Translations under genes and position numbers: made by a program | The notes under the pieces: generated by a model | Databases searched by the model: none | Told to the model about the DNA's origin: nothing | Seen by the model: only the letters and a program-made list of their open reading frames with translations | Source of the DNA: an uncultured Sphingobacteriales bacterium | GTDB lineage: Bacteria; Bacteroidota; Bacteroidia; CAILMK01; CAYYUA01 | DNA: 64,000 nucleotides | NCBI GenBank assembly: GCA_964561545.1 | Contig: CAZLQF010000003.1 | Coordinates: forward strand, 74,775 to 138,774 | Reading direction: 5' to 3' | Shown here: in pieces, positions 39,860 to 49,998 of the stretch | Layout: every line of letters starts with the position of its first letter | Numbering within the stretch: the stretch's first letter is position 1

Positions 39860-40996
39860 TTATTGGCTATTAATTATAGTTTGCCCAATATTGAAGGTTC
39901 CGAACTTTAATTGATCGTATGTATTAACTAAGGCAATTTGGAGGTTCATGGGTTCACTAAGGATGGGAAAAGCAGCCTTTAATCCCAATTCTCTAATTAG
40001 TTTTGGATCAACCTCAATGATGCCTCCCAAAGCAATTACCGGCTTATCATATTTTTGGGCTAATTGACTAACGCCATTAATTACTTTGCCATATAGGCTC
40101 TGCCGGTCAATCTTGCCTTCCCCGGTAATGACGTAGTCGGATTCCATAACTTGAGTTTCAAACTTGGTTTGTTCCATGACCAGGTCAATGCCTTTTTCCA
40201 GTGTTCCATTTAAAAAAGCGGCAGCTCCGGCTCCCAGTCCACCGGCAGCGCCAGCCCCTTGTAAATCTTTTACATCTTTTCCTAAAGCACTTTTGATTTG
40301 TTGGGCAAGGTTTCCCATACCTTTTTCCAGCGCTTCAACGTGCTGCGGGGTAGCTCCTTTTTGCGGGGCAAATATATGGGCAGCGCCTTTTGGCCCGGTT
40401 AACGGATTGACTACATCGCAAGCTACGCGAATTGTTACTCCGGAAAGATCTACTTTTAGATGCCGGTCATCAATGGTGGCAATTTTGCTCAAGTTTGCTC
40501 CTTTTCCTTCCTGTTCATTTCCTTGCTCGTCCATAAACTGATAACCCAGTGCTTGCGCCATTCCCATCCCACCATCACAAGTAGCACTGCCGCCTAAGCC
40601 CAAAATGATCTCATTCACTTGTTGATTTTGGATGGCATTAAGGATCAATTCGCCAGTTCCATAAGTAGAAGTATAATAACAATTTCGGTCCTCCGGTTTT
40701 AGCAATTGCAAGCCTGAGGCTTGTGCCATTTCAATGAAAGCTGTTTTGCCGTCTGCGGAAATGCCATATTCTGCCTCGATCAATCTGTTAAGGGGATCAT
40801 GTGCTTGAATTTTGATGGAATGGCCTTTGGCATGAAAGGTTAGGATAGAAGCCAGGCCTTCGCCACCATCCGACAACGGGAAAAGGACTGTGTCTGTATT
40901 AGGGTTGGCTTCCAAAATGCCTTCCTGAATGGCTTGGCAAACGGTGATGGCATCTAAAGCATCTTTGAATTTATCTGGTGCTATTAGGATCTTCAT
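39860..40996 (-). CDS. glxK: glycerate kinase
   Basis: 378 aa. N-terminal KILIAPDKFKDAL, PLSDGGEGL and TGEGKID motifs are diagnostic of the GlxK/GarK family. Confidence 0.85.
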   Translation of the reverse strand: MKILIAPDKFKDALDAITVCQAIQEGILEANPNTDTVLFPLSDGGEGLASILTFHAKGHSIKIQAHDPLNRLIEAEYGISADGKTAFIEMAQASGLQLLKPEDRNCYYTSTYGTGELILNAIQNQQVNEIILGLGGSATCDGGMGMAQALGYQFMDEQGNEQEGKGANLSKIATIDDRHLKVDLSGVTIRVACDVVNPLTGPKGAAHIFAPQKGATPQHVEALEKGMGNLAQQIKSALGKDVKDLQGAGAAGGLGAGAAAFLNGTLEKGIDLVMEQTKFETQVMESDYVITGEGKIDRQSLYGKVINGVSQLAQKYDKPVIALGGIIEVDPKLIRELGLKAAFPILSEPMNLQIALVNTYDQLKFGTFNIGQTIINSQ

Positions 40997-41504
40997 GGGT
41001 GAAATGTTGAAATTAAAGTTTTAAAAATTTTAATTCATACAATTTTTGCGAAATAAGGTATATGTTACCCTTGGCTTAAGCCAGGGGGTTTGAGTTAGTA
41101 AACATGGGGCTTTAGCCTTTAATACGGATTGCCTTAAGTGCTAAAGCCCAATACATTTGCTCTTTTAAACCAAACCTGAACTTAGGGCAAGCAATAATTC
41201 TTTTATAAAACTGTTAATTTTAAGTAGCCATTTTAGCGGAAGCAAATTTTAAATGGTTTAAAAGATGAACCTTAGTTTTAAAATTCACTTATGATCCCCC
41301 TCTCCCGGCTGGAAAGAGGAGCGTATTCTTCTTTTACTGGAAGAAGGTTTAGGTTCAGGGCCATGAACTCAATAATTGCTCAAGTTTCTTAAGAACTTTC
41401 CTTTATCGTATTTGCTTTAAGTCGGCTTTGCATGAAGCTTAACTTCCTGTCAAAAAAAAAAATAGAAGATTTTGTATTTACGGGATTTCTAAAATTGCAA
41501 GGTC

Positions 41505-42455
41505 TCAAAGATTCACAACATTTTTGGAACTACCCTCCATAAACCCATGAATGTTATCTACCACAATATCCATCAAGCGCTGTCGGGATTCTATAGTGGC
41601 CCAGGCATTGTGAGGGGTAATAATGCAGTTTTTGGCTTCAAACATGGGATTGGCTTCTTGTGGAGGTTCTTTTGACAACACATCCAATCCAGCTCCAGCA
41701 ATCCACTCATGGTTCAGGGCCTGCTTAAGGGCTTCTTCATTGATCAAGCCTCCTCTTGCCGTATTGAGCAAAAAAGCTGATGACTTCATGGTTTGCAACA
41801 ATTCACGGTTGACAAATTGCTCGTTATCATTGGTCAAAGGGCAATGGAGCGATACTACATCACTGCTCTCAAAAAGCTCCGGAATTTGAACAAATTCCAC
41901 GCCTTCTTTGGCATCCCTTTCCGGATGTTTATGGTGGGCCTTGACTTTCATACCCAATCCCATGGCGAGGTCTGCTACAGCCTGTCCAATCCTGCCGAGG
42001 CCAACGATTCCCATTGTTTTATCAGCCAACTCGGTTAAAGGAAATTTAGCAAGGCTAAAGTCTTGACGCCAAGCCCCCTTGCGAACAACTTCATCGTGAT
42101 CAGCAATACGGTTGGTTAATTCGAGTAATAAACCCAATGTATGCTGCGCTACGGAATGCGTAGCATAACCGGAAGAATTGGTTACAGGAATATTCCGGGC
42201 TTTGGCAGCATCTACATCTACAATATCAAAACCAGTAGCCAAAACGCCAATGTATTGTAAATCAGGTAACCCATGGATGGTTGAAGCATCCAAAGGGGTT
42301 TTGTTCGTTAAAAGGATTGAAGCACCCTGACCTCTATCCATGACCTTTGAGCTGGGCGTGCGGTCATAAATTTCTACTTCACCCAGCTTTTTTAGGGGTT
42401 TCCAGCTTAAGTCGCCTGGATTTAGCGTATAACCGTCTAAAACCACGATTTTCAT
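41505..42455 (-). CDS. D-isomer-specific 2-hydroxyacid dehydrogenase (glycerate dehydrogenase/hydroxypyruvate reductase-like)
   Basis: 316 aa. NAD-binding GIVGLGRIGQAVA. Catalytic R/E/H arrangement (NTARG...ITPH). Lies next to glycerate kinase. Confidence 0.8.
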   Translation of the reverse strand: MKIVVLDGYTLNPGDLSWKPLKKLGEVEIYDRTPSSKVMDRGQGASILLTNKTPLDASTIHGLPDLQYIGVLATGFDIVDVDAAKARNIPVTNSSGYATHSVAQHTLGLLLELTNRIADHDEVVRKGAWRQDFSLAKFPLTELADKTMGIVGLGRIGQAVADLAMGLGMKVKAHHKHPERDAKEGVEFVQIPELFESSDVVSLHCPLTNDNEQFVNRELLQTMKSSAFLLNTARGGLINEEALKQALNHEWIAGAGLDVLSKEPPQEANPMFEAKNCIITPHNAWATIESRQRLMDIVVDNIHGFMEGSSKNVVNL

Positions 42456-42615
42456 ATTGCATCTTTTAATGCAAGCAAATTTAACTAAGAATTCGAGGAA
42501 GTATTGTCATGAGGGGGGCTCTTTCTTCTAAGTAATTGCTAATTTTTAACTTCAAGTTTACTTTTATGGTTGAATTTTTTAGTAAAATTGTCTTTTATTC
42601 AATGGACTCAGTGTT

Positions 42616-43308
42616 ATGAATATCAAGTTTATAGGTACAGGTGGTGCGTTTGATTATGAATATGGCAATTCATCAGCCATTCTTGATTTTAAAGGCCATA
42701 CCTATTTGATAGATTGTGGCCAGGATATCTACCCAAGGTTACGGTCCAAAGATTTCATAGATCCGATTGATCATGTTTTGATCACGCATTTTCATGCAGA
42801 TCATGTAGGCAGCTTGTCAACCTTTATACTTCATCATCACTTCTTTAGTAAGGGCAAACAACTTAAGTTGCTATATCCAGACGCAGACTTTAAGGATCAG
42901 CTTTATGAATACTTGAAATTTTCACTTCAAACCCCAGAGAAATTCATCGTTTTCATTCCTGTTAAAAATCACCAGGGCGTTAATTTTGTCGATACTTTCG
43001 GGCTTCATGTGCCAGGAATGCAAACTTATGCGTATTACTTCCAAGATGATGAGGAAGCACTTGTTTACTCTGGTGATTTAGGAGATTGTGATTACTTGTT
43101 CGACAATTTACCAGAGTTTGATAAACCTAAGAAGCGCGTATTTCACGACATCAATTTTGATCCCCCGGTCGGCCCCCACACTTTTTATGAGGACCTCATC
43201 CCTTACCAAGAGGATTTCGAGATTTATGGATATCATTGTGATCCTTCTGAAAATGTAAAAGAAAATCCAGTTCCCCTGGTGTATGACCACCCTGAGCTGC
43301 AATTATAA
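42616..43308 (+). CDS. MBL-fold metallo-hydrolase
   Basis: HFHADHVG (HxHxDH) motif, with downstream His/Asp ligands. Confidence 0.7.
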   Translation: MNIKFIGTGGAFDYEYGNSSAILDFKGHTYLIDCGQDIYPRLRSKDFIDPIDHVLITHFHADHVGSLSTFILHHHFFSKGKQLKLLYPDADFKDQLYEYLKFSLQTPEKFIVFIPVKNHQGVNFVDTFGLHVPGMQTYAYYFQDDEEALVYSGDLGDCDYLFDNLPEFDKPKKRVFHDINFDPPVGPHTFYEDLIPYQEDFEIYGYHCDPSENVKENPVPLVYDHPELQL

Positions 43309-43465
43309 CGCGTTTTTTTCTGATGTTATTTAAGCACAACCAATGAAATTTCAATCCTTTCAAGGTAATAACTCGGAGTTGAACATTTCCCTAATTTTGG
43401 GCGCATAAATGTGACCTTAATTTGATTTCTTCTGTAAAGGAATTAAGGGCTTAAAAATTATTTCA

Positions 43466-44629
43466 ATGACATCATCGAAATACGATAAACGCGGTGTTTC
43501 TGCATCAAAAACCGAGGTGCATGGTGCCATTAAAAATCTTGACAAAGGGTTATTTCCCAATGCATTTTGTAAAATACTGCCCGATGTTTTGAGCAATGAT
43601 CCAAAATATTGCAGCATCATGCATGCTGATACAGCAGGCACTAAGACCTCCCTGGCTTATTTATATTGGCAGGAAACAGGAGATGATGCTATATGGAAAG
43701 GCATTATGCAGGACGCCATTGTTATGAATCTGGATGATCTCGCTTGCGTTGGGGCTATGGATGATGTTATTTTATCCAACACGATCGGACGCAACAAATC
43801 ACTAATACCCGGAGCGGTTTTAGAAGCACTAATTGAAGGGGGGCTTCAATTCATTGATAAAATGCGGGATCAAGGGGTTCATATTTACCATTCAGGAGGA
43901 GAAACTGCTGATGTAGGTGATGTGGTTCGCACCATAGATGTCGGTTTTACTGCATATACCCGCTTAGCTCGAAATCAAGTAATTGAAAACAATATTAAGG
44001 CCGGAGACGTGATTGTAGGTTTGGCATCGGATGGACAAGCCGTTTATGAAGATGCTTATAACAGTGGCATTGGTAGCAATGGGCTTACTTTTGCACGCCA
44101 TGAAGTATTAGCGCATAGCTACGCAGCGAATTACCCAGAAAGCTATGATCCTCATCTGGATCAGGAGGTCGTTTACAACGGGAAATATAAATTAACCGAT
44201 AAAACAACCTCAGGCTCATCGGTAGGTGCGTTGTTGCTGGCACCAACCCGAACTTATTTACCCGTTTTAAAGCAGATTTTTGAAACCTTACATGAGCAAA
44301 TACATGGCATTATTCATTGCACAGGTGGCGGACAAACCAAAATATTGAATTTTGTTAAGGATCTTCATGTAATCAAAAACAACCTTTTTAAGCCTCCTGA
44401 GGTATTTAACCTAATCCAGAGCGTATCAAATACTGACTTGAAGGAAATGTACCAGGTATTCAACATGGGCCACCGAATTGAGCTTTATGTACCTGAAAGT
44501 AAAGCTACAGAAGTGATCAATATTGCAAGGGAACAAGGGGTAGATGCCAAAATTATTGGTCATTGTGAAGCTTTTAGGGATGGCAAAAAACTAACCTTAG
44601 ATACAGAAGTTGGGAAATTTACTTTTTAA
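43466..44629 (+). CDS. purM: phosphoribosylformylglycinamidine cyclo-ligase (AIR synthetase), Bacteroidota long form
   Basis: 387 aa. GGETA, LLAPTRTY, HCTGGGQTK and FNMGHRIE motifs conserved in the PurM family. Confidence 0.75.
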   Translation: MTSSKYDKRGVSASKTEVHGAIKNLDKGLFPNAFCKILPDVLSNDPKYCSIMHADTAGTKTSLAYLYWQETGDDAIWKGIMQDAIVMNLDDLACVGAMDDVILSNTIGRNKSLIPGAVLEALIEGGLQFIDKMRDQGVHIYHSGGETADVGDVVRTIDVGFTAYTRLARNQVIENNIKAGDVIVGLASDGQAVYEDAYNSGIGSNGLTFARHEVLAHSYAANYPESYDPHLDQEVVYNGKYKLTDKTTSGSSVGALLLAPTRTYLPVLKQIFETLHEQIHGIIHCTGGGQTKILNFVKDLHVIKNNLFKPPEVFNLIQSVSNTDLKEMYQVFNMGHRIELYVPESKATEVINIAREQGVDAKIIGHCEAFRDGKKLTLDTEVGKFTF

Positions 44630-44799
44630 CTTTCCCAACAATTTTGGGTTATTACTACTGCAGGTGCCTAAAATTTGATTTAGGGCGAAGTTGCCTCAGG
44701 CTCAAGAATACCCAGCTATATATTCTAAATAAGGAAAGGATTTTATCTGACTGGACATTCAAGGATATATAACCAGGTTTTGATAATTATTTAAATTAC

Positions 44800-44807
44800 T
44801 TACCTTT
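44800..44807 (+). promoter_or_regulatory. candidate Bacteroidota -7 promoter box (TACCTTTG) upstream of the glycine betaine methyltransferase pair
   Basis: TAnnTTTG match 63 bp upstream of the ATG at 44871. The -33 TTG spacing is not ideal. Confidence 0.25.
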
Positions 44808-44870
44808 GCATTTAGTTTTAATTACGGCTTAAAGCCAGACAAAAAATTTTTATTCATAAAAAACGCTACT

Positions 44871-45695
44871 ATGGCAGATTCTGAAAACAAAACCCACGGT
44901 AATAATCCAGTTAGTGATATACCAGGTACGGACCATTACAAATTGGAATACGTTCATGATTTTGTAGAAAAATGGGACGATTTAATTGACTGGGATGCCC
45001 GCGGTAAAGGGGAAGGTGATTTCTTTATTAAAGAGTTGAAAAAACGGGGAAAAGTTAAAGTCCTTGACTCAGCAACGGGTACGGGGTATCATTCCTTAAA
45101 GCTCATGGATGAAAACTTTGAAGTGGACAGCGCAGATGGCAGTCCCAACATGTTAGCAAAGGCTTTTAATAATGCCAGAGAGAATGGATTAATTCTTAGA
45201 ACCATTCATGCTGACTGGCGTTGGCTTAACCGCGATGTTCACAATAAATACGATGCCATTATTTGCTTAGGCAATTCTTTTACCCACCTTTTTTCAGAAA
45301 ACGACAGGCGTAAAACGTTGGCAGAATTTTATTCAGCCTTAAAACACGATGGCATTCTAATCCTTGATCAAAGAAACTATGGTGCTATATTGGACCATGG
45401 CTTCTCCACCAAGCATACCTATTACTACGCCGGGGAAAACATTAAAGCAGAGCCGGAGTACATAGACGAAGGATTGATGCGCTTCCGCTATGAATTTCCG
45501 GATGATAGTGTTTATCATCTCAATTTCTTCCCATTAAGGGAGGAATATACCAAGCGACTAATGAAAGAAGTAGGCTTCCAGACCGTAACTACTTATGGTG
45601 ATTTTAAAGAGACCTACAGTGCTGAGGAACCCGATTACCTGATCCACATTGCGGAAAAATCCTACATTGAAGAATTAGTAGATACTGATAAATAA
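44871..45695 (+). CDS. glycine/sarcosine N-methyltransferase-like class I SAM methyltransferase
   Basis: 274 aa. KVLDSATGTGYHS SAM motif I. The length and an N-terminal region (YVHDFVEKWDDLIDWDARGKGEG) resemble halophile GSMT. Sits directly upstream of an SDMT-like gene. Confidence 0.7.
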   Translation: MADSENKTHGNNPVSDIPGTDHYKLEYVHDFVEKWDDLIDWDARGKGEGDFFIKELKKRGKVKVLDSATGTGYHSLKLMDENFEVDSADGSPNMLAKAFNNARENGLILRTIHADWRWLNRDVHNKYDAIICLGNSFTHLFSENDRRKTLAEFYSALKHDGILILDQRNYGAILDHGFSTKHTYYYAGENIKAEPEYIDEGLMRFRYEFPDDSVYHLNFFPLREEYTKRLMKEVGFQTVTTYGDFKETYSAEEPDYLIHIAEKSYIEELVDTDK

Positions 45696-45708
45696 AAAAG
45701 GATCCCTT

Positions 45709-46539
45709 ATGAAATCTGAAGAAATAGCACAAACAGCGAAGAATTATTACGATAGTGAAGATGCTGACAATTTTTATTTCAACATTTGGGGTGGGGAAGA
45801 CATCCACGTGGGTTGGTACCAAAGTGACAGTGAGCCCATCCTGGATGCAAGTCACCGGACTGTGCGGAAAATGGCAGAAAGGCTGCCTAAAATTGATGAA
45901 AGCACTAGAATCCTTGATATTGGGGCTGGCTATGGTGGGTCCGCCAGATATTTAGCATCCAACTATGGTAGCCCGGTTGATTGCCTTAACATCAGTGAGA
46001 AGGAGAACGAAAAGAATGAAAAGAAAAATAAGGAACAAGGCCTTGACCATTTAATTGATGTTCAACAAGGCAATTTTGAAGACCTTCCCTATGAAGACAA
46101 TTCATACGATATCGTATGGTGCCAGGATTCTATTCTGCATAGTGGTAACAAGGAGCTCGTTTTTAAGGAAGTAGCACGGGTGTTAAAACCGGGCGGTCAC
46201 TTTATATTTACTGATCCAATGCAGGCTGACGATTGTCCTGAAGGTGTCTTAGGGCCAGTCCTCAAGCGAATCCACCTGGATTCAATGGGATCGGTAGAGA
46301 AATACCGTAAAATGGCTAATGATCTTGGAATGGATGAAATTGAAACGATTGAACAGTCAGAATTGCTTCCCAAACATTATGGAAGAGTTTTGGAAGAATT
46401 GAAGAAAAATGAGGACATGCTCCAAGGCAAAGTAAGCCAGGAATATATTGATCACATGAAAGAAGGCTTAGGCCATTGGGTAGAAAAAGGCAACAATGGG
46501 TACCTTAACTGGGGCATTCTTCATTTCAAACTGCAATAA
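45709..46539 (+). CDS. sarcosine/dimethylglycine N-methyltransferase-like SAM methyltransferase
   Basis: 276 aa. N-terminal YYDSEDADNFYFNIWGGEDIHVGWY closely resembles the SDMT/DMT signature. ILDIGAGYGGSARYLA SAM motif. Confidence 0.75.
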   Translation: MKSEEIAQTAKNYYDSEDADNFYFNIWGGEDIHVGWYQSDSEPILDASHRTVRKMAERLPKIDESTRILDIGAGYGGSARYLASNYGSPVDCLNISEKENEKNEKKNKEQGLDHLIDVQQGNFEDLPYEDNSYDIVWCQDSILHSGNKELVFKEVARVLKPGGHFIFTDPMQADDCPEGVLGPVLKRIHLDSMGSVEKYRKMANDLGMDEIETIEQSELLPKHYGRVLEELKKNEDMLQGKVSQEYIDHMKEGLGHWVEKGNNGYLNWGILHFKLQ

Positions 46540-46587
46540 AATCCATTAGGTCGTCTTTGTTCTATATTATTTAAATCTATTGGATAC

Positions 46588-46626
46588 AAAAAAAAGCTCA
46601 TGTAATTGACATGAGCTTTTTTTATT
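46588..46626. terminator. bidirectional intrinsic terminator between convergent SDMT and korB genes
   Basis: A8 tract, then an 8-bp perfect stem AGCTCATG/CATGAGCT with a 7-nt loop, then T7. Functional in either orientation. Confidence 0.7.
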
Positions 46627-46682
46627 TGATTGCCGCTTTGTTAATACTTGTATTAATGCGGCAATAATGATTGTTTATTTAG

Positions 46683-47747
46683 CTAAACTTTCCAGGAATG
46701 ATCACCCCTTAAAATGTCATTAAGGCTTCCTTTTCCTTTTTTCTCGAAAGCATCATGAATTTGCTGCTTGAGCATGTCTTCATAGGTAGGTTTAGATTCG
46801 GCATAGATAACTCCAAAAGGTCTTGGCATACTTCCTTCTTGGGGGTCACCCAGAAAGTTGCTAAGCATATTTGCCTTGTCTATATTTTGCTCGTCATGGA
46901 TCCAAAGGTCATCTTCCGAGTAGTGGCCCTCTTCAAGATTTACGATCTCCGGAGATCCGCAATTGAACTTGATACCTTTTTCATGATTTTTACCAAATAT
47001 TAGCGGCTTGCCATGATCAAGGAATACCGTTGACTCAGGTTTAGTAGCCTTATCAGTGAAGGTAAAGAAGGCTCCATCATTAAATACATTGCAGTTTTGG
47101 TAAATTTCTATCATGGACGTCCCTTTGTGTTTGGCACCTCGATCAAGAATGTATTGAAGATGTTTGGGATCACGATCCATGGTACGGGCTACAAAAGTGC
47201 CATCCGAGCCCAATGATACAGAAATGGGGTTAACGGGATGATCCAGTGAGCCATAAGGTGTAGACTTGGTTACCTTACCACTTTCAGAAGTTGGGGAATA
47301 TTGGCCCTTGGTGAGGCCGTAAATCTCATTGTTAAACAGCAGCACATTCAAGTCAAGGTTACGCCTTAACATGTGCATGAAGTGATTCCCGCCAATGGAA
47401 AGCCCATCTCCGTCACCAGTGATCACCCAAACGCTTAATTCGGGCCGGGTGGCTTTTAGGCCGGTTGCAATGGCTGGCCCTCTTCCGTGGATGGAGTGCA
47501 TCCCATAGGTATTCATGTAGTAAGGGAAGCGGGCAGCACAGCCAATTCCTGAAATGAAAACGATGTCCTCTTTTTTAATGCCCAGCTCGGGAATCACTTT
47601 TTGTGCTTGCTTTAATATGGAGTAATCCCCGCATCCCGGACACCATCTTATTTCCTGATCTGTCACCAGATCTTTGGAAGTAAATTCATCCGTTGCGCTA
47701 TTAGTATCTATATTTTGGTTCTCTAAGGTCTCAGTATTGTTAGTCAT
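46683..47747 (-). CDS. korB: 2-oxoglutarate:ferredoxin oxidoreductase beta subunit (TPP-binding)
   Basis: CPGCGDYSILK cysteine motif and the TPP-binding GDGDG region of 2-oxoacid:ferredoxin oxidoreductase beta subunits. Confidence 0.85.
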   Translation of the reverse strand: MTNNTETLENQNIDTNSATDEFTSKDLVTDQEIRWCPGCGDYSILKQAQKVIPELGIKKEDIVFISGIGCAARFPYYMNTYGMHSIHGRGPAIATGLKATRPELSVWVITGDGDGLSIGGNHFMHMLRRNLDLNVLLFNNEIYGLTKGQYSPTSESGKVTKSTPYGSLDHPVNPISVSLGSDGTFVARTMDRDPKHLQYILDRGAKHKGTSMIEIYQNCNVFNDGAFFTFTDKATKPESTVFLDHGKPLIFGKNHEKGIKFNCGSPEIVNLEEGHYSEDDLWIHDEQNIDKANMLSNFLGDPQEGSMPRPFGVIYAESKPTYEDMLKQQIHDAFEKKGKGSLNDILRGDHSWKV

Positions 47748-47787
47748 ATAAATAATGCAATTTATGCTTTACAAAGTTGAATACAAT

Positions 47788-49638
47788 TCATGCTCCGTCT
47801 AATGTTTCAATTACCTTGTTTTTAATTTCATTAACGGAAAAGGGCTGACCCTGTATTTTATTCAATGGTATGGCTGGTATTAAAAATTGTTCTCTAACAA
47901 TTTTAACGAACTGACCATTGTTGTTTTCTGGCACAATTACATGATCAAAATTATTGATAACCCGCTCAAGATTTTGGGGAAGCGGATGTAAATATTTAAC
48001 ATGCGCATGTGCTACTTCATAACCTTCATCCAACATTTCTTCTGCGGTGGATTTAAGCACACCGTAAGTGGAGCCCCACCCAAGTAATAGGATTTTACCG
48101 GCTTCAGGCCCTGTTTCTACAACTTGCTGAGGTATAAAATGGGTAATGGTGTCTATTCTTTCGGCCCGTGTTTTAACCATTGTTTCATGGTTATCAGCGT
48201 CATACGAGACGTTGCCGGTTATGGCTTCTTTTTCAAGGCCGCCAATTCTATTTTCAAAACCCTTCATACCAGGAATTGCCCATTTCCTTACCAACCGTTC
48301 ATCTCGTGCATAGGGTTGAAATTTATTTTCTTGTAGATCTTCTTCAGTGGCAAAATTGTTAGAGATCTCCGGCAAATCCTCTTCAGCTGGAAAGCGCCAA
48401 GGTTCAGAACCATTGGCCAAAAAGCCATCTCCTAAAAATATAACAGGTGTCATGAATTCAATGGCTATCCTTGCTGCTTCAAAAGCCATTTGGAAGCAAT
48501 CAGAGGGCGTAGCGGGTGCTACTACTGGTAAGGGCGCTTCTCCATGTCTTCCATACAGGGCTTGCATTAAATCCGCTTGTTCCGGCTTAGTGGGCATGCC
48601 GGTGGAAGGTCCTGCTCGCTGAATGTCACAAACAATCAACGGCAACTCCAAAGACACTGCCAAACCTAATGCTTCCCCTTTAAGCGAGAAGCCTGGCCCT
48701 GATGTACCTGTTACTGCAATAGATCCTCCATAAGCTGCACCGATCACAGATGATATGGCAGCCATCTCATCTTCTGCCTGAAAAGTAGTGACGTCAAAAT
48801 TCCTGTGCTTGGACAATTCATGAAGGATATCAGAAGCCGGGGTGATGGGATATGAGCCATAGAATAAGGGCAAATCAGACTTAACCGAGGCCGAAACGAG
48901 GCCCAAAGCAGCCGCTGAATTTCCCGTTACACTTCGATATTCTCCTTGGTCTAATTGGGCTTCCTTGACCTCGAAACGATTGGTAAATATCTCAGCTGTT
49001 TCTCCGTAATTATAGCCGGCTTTTAATACGCTAATATTGGCATCCTGAATTTCAGGCTTATTGGCAAATTTGTGTTCAACAAATTCAATGGTAGGCTGGA
49101 GCTCGCGATTGTACATCCAATAAAGCAGCCCTAATACAAACATGTTTTTAGAGCGATCCCGCTCTTTGTTTTTAAGGCCCGATTCTTTTAGGGCTTCACG
49201 GGTCAATTTAGTGATCGGAACCTTGAAAAGGTTGTATTGTTCTTGAAGCGTTTCGTCTTCCAATGGATTTTGATCATCATAGCCTGCAAGCTTCAAGTTC
49301 TTACTTTCAAAACCATCTTCATTCACAATGATGGTACCCCCTTTTTTTAAGAATTTGATGTTGCTCTTAAAAGCTGCGGCATTCATTACTACCAAGACAT
49401 CACATTCATCGCCAGGAGTATAAATGGCATTGCCGCCAAAGTTGATTTGAAAACCTGATACACCTGCAATAGTACCTGCTGGTGCACGGATTTCTGCTGG
49501 AAAATCCGGCAATGTACCTAAATCGTGCCCGGATAGGGCCGTAGATTTGGTAAATTGATCGCCCGTTAGTTGAATACCATCTCCAGAATCCCCGGCAAAT
49601 CTTATAACTACCTCGTTTTTGATGGTTGTTGTTGTCAT
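47788..49638 (-). CDS. korA: 2-oxoglutarate:ferredoxin oxidoreductase alpha subunit
   Basis: 616 aa. N-terminal VIRFAGDSGDGIQ typical of KorA. Lies immediately upstream of korB. Confidence 0.85.
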   Translation of the reverse strand: MTTTTIKNEVVIRFAGDSGDGIQLTGDQFTKSTALSGHDLGTLPDFPAEIRAPAGTIAGVSGFQINFGGNAIYTPGDECDVLVVMNAAAFKSNIKFLKKGGTIIVNEDGFESKNLKLAGYDDQNPLEDETLQEQYNLFKVPITKLTREALKESGLKNKERDRSKNMFVLGLLYWMYNRELQPTIEFVEHKFANKPEIQDANISVLKAGYNYGETAEIFTNRFEVKEAQLDQGEYRSVTGNSAAALGLVSASVKSDLPLFYGSYPITPASDILHELSKHRNFDVTTFQAEDEMAAISSVIGAAYGGSIAVTGTSGPGFSLKGEALGLAVSLELPLIVCDIQRAGPSTGMPTKPEQADLMQALYGRHGEAPLPVVAPATPSDCFQMAFEAARIAIEFMTPVIFLGDGFLANGSEPWRFPAEEDLPEISNNFATEEDLQENKFQPYARDERLVRKWAIPGMKGFENRIGGLEKEAITGNVSYDADNHETMVKTRAERIDTITHFIPQQVVETGPEAGKILLLGWGSTYGVLKSTAEEMLDEGYEVAHAHVKYLHPLPQNLERVINNFDHVIVPENNNGQFVKIVREQFLIPAIPLNKIQGQPFSVNEIKNKVIETLDGA

Positions 49639-49998
49639 ATATTAATTTAAAATTATTCTAAATTAGCTCACAAAATTATTAAAATAATCTCTTTGACTCA
49701 AACGTAAAATTAGCTAATTGGTTCGTTTAGCTGGTATTTAACTTTTAAGTATTAGGCTTCGCAATGAAAAACTATATTGTTAATTAATAAATGATAAAAA
49801 TGGTTGGCTCAATAATTTTAAAATCAAATAAAATAAAATTTTAAATAAATATTTTGTTGTTGTTTTAGTAGATTTTATAATATAAATATAAAATTTGTAA
49901 AAATTGCGGAAGATTATGTGTTTACCGGTCTTTATTTAGAAAAAAGACGGTTTATCAAAAAGGGGAAGCAATAATTGTCCCTTTGTTTTGCATCGTTA

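Noticed and set aside
40164-40541. 125-aa Ala/Pro-rich ORF on the plus strand
   Set aside because: It lies entirely antisense within the well-supported glycerate kinase gene. The composition reflects reading the GC-rich Gly/Ala codons of glxK in reverse. Spurious.
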